Part shown: positions 36,321-48,760 of the stretch, piece by piece
Layout of the letters: the number at the start of each line of letters is the position of its first letter
How positions within the stretch are numbered: position 1 is the stretch's first letter
Made by a program: the position numbers and the translations under genes
Origin: Puccinia triticina
Lineage: Eukaryota
DNA: 64,000 nucleotides
Reading direction: 5' to 3'
Assembly (NCBI GenBank): GCA_026914245.1
Contig: CP110439.1
Location: 4,340,001-4,404,000, forward strand
The notes under the pieces: generated by a model
Databases searched by the model: none
What the model was told of the DNA's origin: nothing
What the model saw: the letters and a program-made list of their open reading frames with translations, nothing else

Positions 36321-36547
36321 TTTGTTGTTAATATTTATTCTTCAGAGCAGTAGTCTTTAACGTCACAGGATAGTCTTTTCCAGTAGACTAGTTGATCTGC
36401 AGGGTAACTGAGTTTCCGTTAATTTAGATGACAGTAATGGTTGATAAATTTTTTCTTCTTTCTTCTTATTCAAGTATTTGACTAATTTGGTTGACTTTGT
36501 CCAACAATCCAATTATATGATTTATCCTATCACGTTGGGGACTCCCT

Positions 36548-38467
36548 TGTAAGACTCAAAAGGTGTCGCAAGACCCTTTTGCTGAATGGGGAAAGGTATG
36601 AATGAGGTGCAAAATTCTGCCTTTCTGGATATCAGAAAACAAGACCACCAAGCTAAGTTTTGAAGTTTTATTCAGTGATAAGGATATGTTTGAAGATGAA
36701 GAGTATAGTTGGATTGTTTGGAGAAGAGTTCTGAGTGTCTAAGGAGTAGATGAGATGTCTGAATGGGCAAAAAGAATACTGATGACTTGGACGGGGCTTG
36801 GACCCAGGTCCTTGAGCAGAGGGTATATGAAGTGAAAAACATAAGGTCAAGGTTTGGAAGCTATGCTTCCACCAGGATTGGGACCCAGTACTGAGAGAAT
36901 TGTGAAAGGTTTGTGAAACCAACAATGAATATGAATTGCAAGTAACTGTCATATGTAAGTGTAACAAATAACTGTGACAGGCAAGTAGATGGATGTTGGA
37001 GTCAGATGGCATGAGGGAGGAAACAACTGGTAGGCAGAGGCCTCCTTATATATTAAACTAAGGGCCTGTACCATAGCCCGCGGATTCCAAGGATCTTGCC
37101 CGGGATTCACAACTTTCTGTGAAATCCAAGCGGCCCAGAATCCGGAGTACCATAGCGCTTATTTGTCAACCTCATAATCCGGGGAAAACAGGCCATTTTC
37201 CTCAGTTTGGAAAAACGGCTCCCCCCTATTTTTTTGCCTCGGATTCTGCACTCCCCTCCCTCACTCCCCCTTCCCTGGTCCTTGGACCATCAAATACATT
37301 GTATTTACATACATATGTATATACACATAAGACCATCCACCAGATTCTTGATGGCCGGTTTGTTCCGGTCATCCAGAAGAGTCATCACCTGTCATCACTC
37401 CTCTTGATGGCCAGTTTGTTCCGGTCATCGAGAGATGTCCATCATCCCCTCAATGACCGGAATGGAGTGGTCATTGGGAGAACTAATCACTCCCCTTGAT
37501 GGCCGGTTCGTTCCGGACATCAAGGGGAAGATGTATTGCTTTCGATGCCTGGAACAAGCCGGCCATTGAGAAGAGTAATCACTCCCCTCAATGGCCGGTT
37601 CGTTCCGGTCATCGAGAAGAGTAATCACTCCCCTCAATGGCCGGCTCGTTCTGGTCATCAAGAAGAGAAATCACTCCCCTCAATGGCCAGCTTGTTCCGG
37701 TCATTGAAGGCATTACTTCATCCCCTCGATGACCGGAACGGAGCGGACATAGAGAGTTCCGGTCATCAAGACGAGTAATCAGTCCCCTCAATGGCCGGTT
37801 CATTCCGGCCATTGAGAGGAGCGAGTCATTGAGAAGAGTACATTATCCCCTTGATGACCAGTTTGTTCCGGACATCAAGAGGAGTACATCATCCCCTTGA
37901 TGACCGGAACAGAACGGAATTGGAGAGGAGTAATCACTCTCTTTGATGACCGGGGAGTGACTTCCACGTTGACAAATCCGTGGTTCCGTGGTACGCCTTT
38001 TGGCACACCTTGGATTGTGGACTCAGGGAATCCAAGGGGCAAACGGGATCCCAGCAGAACGTAATATTTGGGGGCGCGGAATCCGAGGTTTGAATCCCCG
38101 GAAAGCTATGGTACAGGCCCTAAGAGGGGATTACATGAGTGTCATATATATGCAATGTGAAAACAGCGGCCAACTTGTGGTTGAGTATAATAAAAGGAAC
38201 AAAGTAATTCAATATCCTATGCAAAGTATCCTAGAGCTGAGTTGTGTGTGAACTCCTATGTGAACTGTCCCAGACTGGTGTGTGAAAGGTGTTATTTGTG
38301 TATCTTCTGATCCAGTAGAGATATGAGGGTGGTTTCAGTGGGTGACTAAGGGTCATTTTGGCCTTAGATTCCGTTTTTGACGTCTATTTGTCTGTATCTT
38401 GAGGTATTTAGAGAGTACTCATAAAAGTTTGGATTTTTCACCTGCAAACACAGGAATAACAACTACA
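36548..38467 (-). mobile_element. Probable old LTR interrupted by a Harbinger-type MITE
   Basis: TGTA...TACA ends; minus-strand PPT AGTTGGGGGAGGA at 38468-38480 preceded by a hairpin. No partner LTR or TSD seen. Confidence 0.45.
37062..38120. mobile_element. PIF/Harbinger-like non-autonomous element with internal ~44-bp repeats
   Basis: 16-bp TIR GGGCCTGTACCATAGC; TAA TSD; GATGGCCGGTTCGTTCCGGTCATC-type repeats at 37345-37950. Confidence 0.9.
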
Positions 38468-39454
38468 TCCTCCCCCAACTTATTGACTGTCCCCAGTCAA
38501 TTATGACTTATGACTGTGTTTGATTTTATACAATGGAGAGCTTTGATCCAAAAAGATGATGAAACAACACTTTGAATTGAGTGTTTATTGAGCAGTGATC
38601 CTCCGTAGATTTAGTGAGCTGATTTTGTTTGAGGTTTGAAGTATAAATTTGGTTGGGTGTGTGTTTTGAACCCATTATCTGATAGATTTTGTGTTTTGCA
38701 GAGAGTGGGAATTGAACCCGTGTGCTAGTGATTAGAATTTTTGATTTTGTTTGGGAATTGAACTCCAGTCTGCTTGCGCAGCCGCAGTTGTGCGTAGGGA
38801 TTATTTTGGGGTTCGCGCCAACAGTATTGGGGTTGTTGTTGGCAGGAATTGAACCTAGGTTTGGGGTATTGCTCTCAAGGGGGGGGAGGTGCGCTGCGCT
38901 GCCTGGGTGTTAATTCAAAACTGCGCCGCAGCCGCGCTCAGTGTTCTCCGATTACGTGTGCAGTCCTCCGATTGGAGTGCGAGTTCGCACCATGTCACAA
39001 GTCCGTGATATCTCTCTACTAGTCAACCCACAGCCAGTCACCTCCTCACCAAGCCCCCCCCGGTCTCCTATCAACAACCCACTGCTACTCAATTCAACTT
39101 GCCGGTGTATCCTCGATTGAGGTAAGTACTATCTTCTTCTACTTCCTTCTAGTCCTCCAAAATCGACCTTATGGGGATGCACCAGCAATGAAATTGCTTT
39201 TGTATGCATTGCTAACTTCTTTCTTTTATCCCTTCCTTTTCCTACAACCAAAGGAGCCCTGCTGACTTGTTTCTGGATACAAATGAACTTGCCCTCCTTG
39301 ATGAAAGGAAGTCAAATTGTCTACCCCTTCTTTTGCAAGGGGGTCATTGTGGTGCCCTTGCAAAAGAAGGACATAGCCAATCACCTGCGGTTTTGCGTTT
39401 TGTCTATTTCCTGCCTGACTTCTCTTCCCCAGCTAAACTACACTGGACAGTTGT

Positions 39455-39962
39455 TTACACATGATGAAAGTATGCAGTAAGGGGTATTTGCACATGAAAT
39501 GGATATGTAAACATCAAAGGGGTATGTAAACCTGAATGATGAAGGGGGTATTGAAAGGGGGTAAAAAACTCAAAGGGGACATGTAAACATGAAAGGTTCA
39601 TGAACGCATGATGAAAGGGGTATGTACACATTGTGAAAGTGATACATCCACATGAAAGGGATACACGCACATGAAAGAGGTATGTGCACATAAAGGGGTA
39701 TGGACACATTATGAAAGGGGTGAATGCATAAAAAGGGATATGTGCACATGAAAGGGGTATGTGCACATGAAATGGGAATTTGCACAGGTATCAACTCAGT
39801 ATTTTGGAGCCTGTACTCAGTTTTTTAGAGCTTAGACTCACTCTTGCATAAATTATGCAATTTGCATGTAATCAACCAGTGCTTGATTCTTGCATGAGGC
39901 ACAGCTTGCCTTGAGCTCTAGCATCTCAACTGCAAGCAGTTTCTAGAGTTTTTCTTGCAGTG
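39455..39962 (-). mobile_element. Truncated inverted copy of the CACTG-ended element at 53980
   Basis: Same terminal 42 bp (…TTTCTTGCAGTG) and GTGCACATGAAAGGGG repeats. Confidence 0.8.
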
Positions 39963-40006
39963 TAGTATTTTGATGATGTGGCTGAAAAATTGAACCAACT
40001 GCCTGG

Positions 40007-42027
40007 TGTTGTGACCAAGGTCACAGGTGTGTACTTGGCTGCGGCTCAGCCACCTGGATCAGCCTCCTCCGGGCCTCACCGGGAGCAATCCATACCAATT
40101 ACCACATACACGCTCCTATAGGTTATGAGCCTGCATTACCAGCTTCACTGAAGAACTCTTGCCAACAAAATATACTGGATCAATCTCATCTTGCAAATAA
40201 CAGTGTTTTTTTACCTTACAAATCCGACAAATAATCCCGGTAGCTAGTGCAAATGTTTCTTCCTTCAATTTCTCAGATATTCACCATCAATGGACCCTTA
40301 CGTTTACCGTGCTTACGGACAGATTTGACTGTTCCTGGACAATTTGAAGCTTGTTTTGAGATCAGTCACGCACATGATGCATGACGGGCCTGCCATGGCT
40401 TTTGGATCCGTGGCAAACACGACTCACTACGGCACTCTTCCCAGACTCTTTCCTTCTTTTGGTCAAGCAGTGCTTTCCCCAAATTTCAACTTACATGGGT
40501 TTAAACAACCAGCCTTGAGGAACCGACCAACCAAACGATCTTGCACGTGGAAGAGATATAACAAAATAAATCAGGTACTCAACAAGCAATCAATTCCCAA
40601 CAATCAAGTGTTTACTTACCAGCAAGTGGTTCCCCATGAGCAAGCGTTTCCTGAGGGGCAAGTGGTCCCCAAAGAGCGAGTGTTTCCTGACAAGCAAGCA
40701 GTTATCAATGAGCAAGCACTTCTTGATTGGCAATATGACCTTGACAAGGAAGAACAGCAAGAAGATGATCATTCCCATCTTATTTCTATTGACTACCAGC
40801 CTGACCTGAACTGCAAGTTTCCGGCTCCTTATCAGCATTTCCTCCTTCCCTATGAAATACCATTCCAGCCTTTTCATGATGCTCAAACTGATCCTGAAGT
40901 CACTAGTCCACAAGAACTCAAAACCCAATTTGATATGAAAAGCTACAGCACTAAGGATGTTAATTGCTGGGCAAGTACACTCTCTGCCAATGAATTTGAG
41001 TACCTTCAAGCAATGGGATGTGAAGCTCAAGAGGAATCTTTCCAGTATGCAGAGGTACACATTGATAGACAAGCTAAACCACATCATCAAATTGATTTCC
41101 CACCTCAGCATATGGATCAGAAACCAGCTAAACCAGCTACATTACATAACAGCCAGGTCACGTCTCCACAATTCCATCCAACCGCCGATGACTATCTTAA
41201 TCAGCATCAAAATCAACACAAATTAGAAGACAAATTCTGCAGATACAACTATGAGGCCAGCTCTAACATATTTAATGATGGCAGTGGTTTTGGTATTGGG
41301 GGTGGTTTCAATGACAGTGATGTTTTCAATCATGGTGGCGGTTTTGATGATGAGTGCGGTTTTGCAGACGGCGGCAGTTTTGGTGAAAATTTTAATGTAT
41401 TTGGCAACGGTGATCTTGAAGATGGTGCTTTCAATGACATTGGTTTCAACAACAATTTTGAAGATGGCAGCGGAGTTTTTGATGATGGTGGCGACTGTGA
41501 CGATGGCGGCGGAGGTCTTGATGATAGTGGTGATTTTGACGAGGGCGGTGGGGGTTTTGATGATGGCATGGACTACTATTAGCCTCTCCCTGAATCCCTT
41601 CATTCAAAAATCATCAGTCCCCATTTGATTCCCAGACGGCTAAATCTTTGACATCTTCATTTTTTCTTGAATCCGGTTCCCTATTTTTCACTCTACTTTC
41701 AGCACTCATTCAACTTTAATGTAGTTTTCACCTCCCCTGCAGGTGTCTTGGAGCCTTGCCGAGGGGGTGGGTGTTGTGACCGAGGTCACAGGTGTGTACT
41801 CGGCTGCGGCTCAGCCACCCGGAGGAGTGTTCATCAGCCTCCTCCGGGCCCCACCGGGAGCAATCCATACCAATTACCACATACACGCTCCTATACCTGG
41901 GAGCTGCATGCATATGCATGAGCCTGTGGGTTGCGCGGACTCACCGATCCTCACCGATCCCCCTTGCGGGGTTAGGGTTCGTGTCCTTGCGCTTCCTAAG
42001 CTCGGAGACCAAGCTTGAGTCTTGACA
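40007..42027 (+). mobile_element. LTR-bounded non-autonomous element (partial 5' LTR 40007-40120; 3' LTR 41772-42027)
   Basis: TGTTGTGACC.AGGTCACAGG direct repeat; PPT GAGGGGGTGGG at 41761-41771; TG...CA ends; no TSD seen. Confidence 0.7.
40290..41582 (+). CDS. Unknown Gln/His-rich protein with Asp/Gly (FDDGG) C-terminal repeats; TGA at 40326 interrupts the frame from ATG 40290
   Basis: 412-aa open frame 40344-41582, in frame with ATG 40290. Confidence 0.5.
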
Positions 42028-42051
42028 GCAAGTACGAAGGCCAACCCAACC

Positions 42052-43310
42052 ATGAATCCGGAACATCAGCGGATATGGGAACAAGGAGGTAAGTGGGATG
42101 ATTATTGCGAGTTTCCAACAGCACCTCGTCTGATGGAACCGAAAAACATCTTAATCCAATTGTAGATTCGGTTATCCAAAGGTTTCAAAGGATGGCTACC
42201 AAGTACGATGGGGCTGCCGATCGACGCTATGAGTACGAGTCTCGTGAAGGAAATCCCGTCAAGTTCACAAACGACAAGCTGACCCGGAACGAAGAAGTTT
42301 TGGACCGCCTGCAGTCAAACCTCCTGCCTATGTTACAGTTCCAAACCATCAATTTATTCGAATCACTGAACCCATTGGGCTTGCAACAAGAACCAGAGTC
42401 GAAAATCCAGCTCATCTCTCAGAACCAATTAAACGTCGAAACACATGTAGATGAGCTAAGAAATTGGTTCGATGAGGTCTGTTCAGGACACTTGGCTAGA
42501 GCGTACCCATCTAACGACTATCACTATCAGCGATCAAAATTCTTCCGGCTTTCTAGCTTGAAGGGATATATTCTTGAGGCCTCTCAAGACATTGGTCGAA
42601 GCTGTCGGATAGCCTATGATATCCTCAACCGGGCGAAACGTTCGACACAACCACCTAGCCAGCAGACGAATAAAATGTATCATCAGGGAATATTGCTAGC
42701 CGAGAAAGCAAACAGATCGTTCCAGGCGGCTATCGAATGCATCAAAGGATCTGAATTAGATGTCGCTGAGAAGAGATGGCAATCAAGTTTGGTGAGTATC
42801 GACGACAGCTTGCGGAACATCATCGGTTTAGTCACGCCTTTAACGAACTCTAGTCCAAGGCAAAATTTGATCCAAGAATCAGTCACCGACCTCGCTAAAT
42901 CGGCAATAATATTGATCAAGGTCCACAAGGTCTTCTTTGCCAAGTTCTTCTCTAGAAGCGGAGCGATCAGGATAAATATTCCATGTTATACGGAAATGTC
43001 TTCGGATCAAATCGCATCTATAGTCCGATCGGTTGAAGGCGTTGCTAAGGAGCTCCTAGGACTCGTTGGACACTTGAAAGGGACTGGCAGGTTTGGCGAC
43101 TACATCACTAACAAATTGCGTGCAACACCCTCCACTCTGCAAGCTCGTTTCAATCCTCCTATGGACCTCCTACTCCTCTATCTCATTCCTTTGATTCCCG
43201 ATACCGCCACTCAAAATGATTACAGAGAGTGGTTGCTTACTTGGAGCACTCAGCGCCACTTATCCTCCGAGAACTACCTCAAACATTTGGCTGACCTCGC
43301 GAGTAGCTGA
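42052..43310 (+). CDS. Uncharacterised family paralogue 3 (close copy of paralogue 2; intron 42089-42165)
   Basis: MNPEHQRIWEQG|DSVIQRF; colinear with 2223-3598 including intron and 3' flank. Confidence 0.8.
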
Positions 43311-43716
43311 CCGCGAGTCCGACAGCCACGAATGCGACGACGACGAGTACATACAATACCCCTCTTCCGACTCCTACAAGACATTGATTCAAAGAAAATA
43401 CCCTTCCCAACCAACATTCTCATGTTTTTTTCATTCCCTGATTCCTCTGAATTAGCAAACTTATCTTTCTCTTCTTTTTTGATGGGTTACGTTGAGGCTA
43501 TGAGCTTGGGACCATGCAGTCTTTTTTTGTCAATCAGCTGGTTTTTATCATGCTATCCTCATTCAACATTGGTCAAAATTTATTAGAATATGAACACCAA
43601 GCTGTTTCTTCAATCACTTGATCAAATTGCATCAATGCTGAGATTTTCAGAAAAGTGTATGTGGTCAACTTGACAGCTAAATTAGCTTTACACAATCCAC
43701 ATAATTGCAAATTTCG

Positions 43717-44015
43717 CAACGGTGGGCCGCTACGCTACACTACACTACAGGGCCACCTAGTGTTAGCGTAGCGGCGCTACAAGCGCCCTCTTTTTTCTGA
43801 AGTGTTAGCGCGCCGCTACGCTGCCTAGCGGTTATAGCGGCGAAAAAAGGCCTAAAAACCACTGAAACCGCTGTAGCGCAGCGTAGCGGGCGCTTTCTTA
43901 AGCCCTGTGCGCGTAGCATATCTGGCGTAATTGCGCTCACGCTACGCTAAAAGTTAGCTGAATTCACCTACGTTACGCTAATGCTCCGCTTAGTTAGCGT
44001 ACTGGCCCATCGTCG
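43717..44015. mobile_element. ~300 bp MITE, same family as 4632-4925
   Basis: CAACGGTGGGCCGCTACGCTA / TAGCGTACTGGCCCATCGTCG ends; internal GCTACGCTA repeats. Confidence 0.6.
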
Positions 44016-44196
44016 ATCGGAGTCACAAAACATTTCAACCAGTTTTACATTGAATTCAAACCAACAAGGCAGATTAAAAATTGTCTGGGGTGTGTTTTAG
44101 AGAATTTGTAAGTGCAGATCAAGATCCACACTCATTTGTCTTTCCGGCAAGACAATGAGCAAATGCAGAATGCGAGAGATACAAGAGGAAGGAAAG

Positions 44197-45545
44197 CTAT
44201 GGAGGGTTATTGTCAAGTGATTTCGCAGCACTAATGAAGTTCTCGGTGGTTAGAATGAACTGAGTATTCCAAGTCACAAACCAGTTCTTGTAGTAGTCTT
44301 GAGTTGATGAACCATAGGTATCTGAGATAGAAGGAATAAGATAATGCAATAGAACGACCAAAGGAGCTTGAAATCGAGATTTGAGACTCGTGGCCACTTT
44401 CACAAAGTCTCTGCCCGACCTGTTTTCGTGAGCGTCATAGACGGTTTCGAAAAGGTTTCCTAGTTGCAAGATATCGGCGGTGACTAGTGGAAGAGATTGT
44501 GCCAAAGATTCGATTCGTTTGGAACACATTTCGGTGAATAACGGAAGTCGCAATGGAATCCGCCTCGCATTAAGGCTCCTGTCAATTGATAACTTCTTAA
44601 AAAATAGCTTTGCTATCTTTATGAGCCCTATTCCTAGTTTAGCGAGGTGGAAGACTGGTTCCTGGACAAACGTCTTCCTGGGAACTTCATGGGTGCATTG
44701 ATTAATCACTGTAACAACTTTGTGCAGAACGTGGTCGACATCGTCTAGATATGATGGCCAATCCAGTTGGGCAACATCCAATTCAGACCCTGTTATGCAT
44801 TCAATCGTCAAGTCGATCGCGTCAAGTGTGCTCTCAACATTCCACCACTTCCACGGATCAAATGTATACTCGGGGTTGATTTCTGGCAAGGACTTCAAGT
44901 TTTTGAAAAGTAAATGGCCTGTTCCAACGGCTCGATAAATGTGCCGGTACGTCGTGAAGAATTTCGCTCTCAGGCTACGAAGCCTATATGATTTGAATCG
45001 TTTCAGGTGTTGGTCATCGAATCGGTGTGGTGCTCGTGGAGACATGGTCTCAGGCTCTGGGCAGATGAAAGAAATGGAAAATTTGATTTTGTCTACCGTG
45101 CGTTCGATGTGGGATTGGATCTTTAAGACGAGCTTCATTTTTGTTTCTGGCTCTTTCAGTAAGTCAAGCGGCTTGGCAAGAAAGTTTGAGAGGATGGTGA
45201 TTTCGCCATGCAAAGCGGGTAGCAAGTAGGATTGTAGTTGGTGTAAGAGTGTCTCCTGCAACAAAGCGACTTCCTCGACGGAGCGGGTTGATAGAGTGTG
45301 TTCGATAGTTGTGCGATCAGGATCTCCACCTCGTCCATATTTTTCGGCCAGTCTTCTAAACCCCTTGCTAACCAAGTCTGGAGTGCATTCCAAATGTTTG
45401 TACCCAAGTCAGTCAGTCGAAGTTTTTGAAAGTCAATCCCGACGGTTTTGAGATAGAACACTGGATGCTTACCTCCTTGGGCCCAAATCCGCTGATGCTC
45501 CCGCAGCTCGTCTGAGACTGAAGTGTCGCTGGCTGAGTCGACCAT
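44197..45545 (-). CDS. Uncharacterised family paralogue 4 (intron 45378-45472)
   Basis: MVDSAS...HQRIWAQG|DLVSKGF; DDQHLKRFKSYRL, GSELDVA and QDYYKNWFVTW. Confidence 0.85.
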
Positions 45546-46795
45546 CGGAGTTCCTCCTTATTCGCGCGTTCTGAAATCTGACTCGAGTGTACGCGAAATC
45601 CAGATGATGTCTTTGACGAACCGAAGTCGAGAAAAATGTCCAAAAAAACTCTCGGAAATTCCTCAGGCGGCGTCAGTCCATACCCGGTGACATCATTGTT
45701 AGAATTATCACCGAAGAGGGTAAAAGAAAAGGAAGAGAGGGTGTTTTTGGTGAACAGTTTCGAGATCCTTGGAGGGGGCACAAGGTGGTCAACTCAGGAA
45801 AAGAGGAGAAGCTGTTATTTTGTTTACAAATAAAGTAAATATACGTATGTACATGATCATTTAAAGAATGTATGTATGTAGAATGAATAAAATAAGGAGA
45901 CATGTTTTTAAATAATATAGAGGCTATTTCTCGGGGTTCTAGACTACAAGAGGCCGTCATAAAGGCTAAGATCAGATCAAAAACAGGCTACAATAATAAG
46001 TAAACATTAAAATAGAGTAAGGGATTTTTGGGATAAGCAAGAGAGAGAGAAGAAATTCCAACAATCATTCTCTGTGACATCATCGAAGCTCAAACCCAGG
46101 TCGCATCTCATCAGATCTCATCAGTTTGTGACCGGTCCCCGCGCGTAATGACGTTGAGTGCGGATCTTTGAAATAATACTGCCAAGGGTACACGCCAGTT
46201 GTTAGTTATCTCTGTTGGATTATATCAAGGACCCATTCATTTTTTTTTCATTTACCCCGGTTCACGTTGGCAACAATAATGCCAATTATATCATATTTTA
46301 TTAGATAAATTTTCCACCTATCAGAAAGTGAATTCAGATGAATCAGACCATCTTGAAAAAAGTGAAAATTTTCAACGCGAAATGGGATGAAAATGGTGTC
46401 AAAGTCACCAACGTGAATGGGCTATTGCATCATACATATGTGAATGGATGGACGCACAATCCTGCGCGTTCATGCATCGATGAAAAGTAACGAAAGTGGG
46501 ATCGGCGCGTCGCCAGCTAAAGCGCGCTTTTCTATGTGCCAGCTTTGAATTAGGGGCACCAGTTGGCGTGCAGCCATTCAACAATGACGCCGACTGTGCT
46601 ACGATGTGTGTCACACATCCCGGCGTTCATCGTTTCATCATCAGACGAGCATGCGCCGAAGTGTCCCAGTGCTGAGCGAGAAAATTGGCGCAAGATAAAA
46701 TGCAAATATTTTTGATCAACATAAATAATTACTACATCACTTTCCTCTAAACATTTCATGTTGGGCAACAAAAGTGAAAAAGGAAAAAAAAAAGC

Positions 46796-48173
46796 CTATG
46801 AGGCCGTCTCTCTAAATCTGCGGAGAGAAGCCAGGAAGTGATCGAAGGCTAAAATCATCAGATCATGCCACATACGAAACCAGCTTTGGTAGTAATTCTG
46901 ATCGGGAAGGCCATCGTCTTCGGGGATCATGGGGACAAGATGAAGGAGTGCGATGAGCAATACCGCTGAAAGGCGGTCAGATATACATTCGCAAGAATCC
47001 AGAATAAGATCGCATATTTCGCGTGTGGCAATTGGGGAGATTTCTCCATTGGCTTCGTGCAAGAGCTCCAAGATCTCCTGCAGATGTCGGGCAGTGTCTT
47101 CAGGAAATTGACATAGACAGCTCAGTTGACGAGAGTTCATGTCCGAGTAAGTTGGTAGCTCCTCCCTATCGATGATCTTCTGCAAGGTTCTGTATAACGT
47201 TCGGAAAAGTTTCCAGATTGGTACCAGCAACTTAAGGAGCTCGAGTAGCGGTCCACAGACCACTTCGGCCGTATTCCATGGAAGCGCTCGTGTAATTTGA
47301 ATGTCATCTTCCGCGTGAACTGTGGGATCGATCATACGCAAGTTTTCTCCGAGCAACACGTTGATCCATGCTTTTTCGTCGCACCAGTAATCTTCGATGA
47401 ATTGCATTTCAGATTCCACTTCCGTGCATTCCATGGCCACGTCGAGCGAATGCAAAGTGTCTTCGTGGTATTCCAGATAAGAGGCAGCTGCGCCGACTTG
47501 GTCCGTCGATTGTTTTGTAGAGAACCCAATTTGTTTGATGTGTTCCCCGGCCGACTGAAAAAAATGAATGGGATCGTGGATGAGTGCACCAGTCACATAC
47601 ATCAGCGTGTGCAGCCTGAAAGTTTTAAATTGTTTGAGATGACCATCGTCGGTTCGGTTGTTGGAAGATAATGGACGTGGATGGATGAGCGCAAGCGCAG
47701 CGTGGACTCGAGTCATGGAGTGAGCGATGGCGACTTGGAGCTCGGAGATCAGCTTGAGTGTTGTCACTGGCCTTTTCCGCAGTTGAGCCGGCTCTAGCAA
47801 TGGCAGGAGGGCGACCAGTTGGTGTCTCAAGAGGGGTAGGATCCACGAATGTAACTGGAGGTTGATATTTTCGGTCGAGGTGCCTGGGTAATCAAAGAGC
47901 TTGGACGGGCTGCCGGGGCCATCGACTGACTCCCAATCATCGACTCCCCGTATACCTATATCCGCCAGACGCCTAAACCCCTCAATCACCAAATCTGCTC
48001 AGAGAAAGAAAAAATCAGAAGGTCGATCATCACGCCCGGCAAAGAGGTCACAAGAACGAGGGGTTTGGCGTGGATGAAAGCGTATGATAAATAGACATAC
48101 CTCCTTTGAGCCGATGGTTCAATCGGGCCGTGTGTTTTTTGGTGGCTCCTGCGTTTTTCTTTCTTGATGGCAT
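46796..48173 (-). CDS. Uncharacterised family paralogue 5, most diverged (intron 47995-48100)
   Basis: MPSRKKNAG...RLKG|DLVIEGF; DDGHLKQFKTFRL and QNYYQSWFRMW. Confidence 0.82.
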
Positions 48174-48760
48174 GGTGTTTCTGAAGGCGGGTGCAAAATC
48201 CAGCTCGGGGACAATTAAAGGTGTGATCAGTGACTCTCATCCCAGCGTCCCTTATAAACTACATGCGCGTGTATTGCCATCAACAATCCGATGATCAATG
48301 CAGAGCGAAAGGAATGCAGAATGGGCTGAGTACATGTCTTGGGCACCTGAGTTTGATGAGCTTTTGGGCTCGACCCCTGGGCTCTTGAAAGGGCCTCCTT
48401 TCACGCTCCGTTCCCGTTGACTTTGACTCTGAGCAGCGGAGTTCAGCCTCAGCAGGCTTCAGCTCTCAAAGGGCGTGATGGCGGGCGGGCATGCGGGCGG
48501 GGGCACTTGGCAAATGCCCAAGTCTTGCTTGGCCACAAGCTCTGGGGATGGGCATGGGGGACACAGACCGGACATCAACCCTGTGTTCGACGACTGGTGT
48601 GTACCGGCCACTGTACATATTTACATCCTTGTAACTTGAATCGCTTTGAGCGCGGATCTTTGTTGCGGTGTAGATGTTGTTGGTGATGTTTGTGCGTTTT
48701 GAAAAACATCACTAGTTGAAGATGGCAGGGGTTATGCCATTTTGGATTTTTGTACATAAG

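Noticed and set aside
34140..36540. Possible degraded retroelement coding remnants
   Set aside because: No diagnostic motif could be read with confidence without a translated search.
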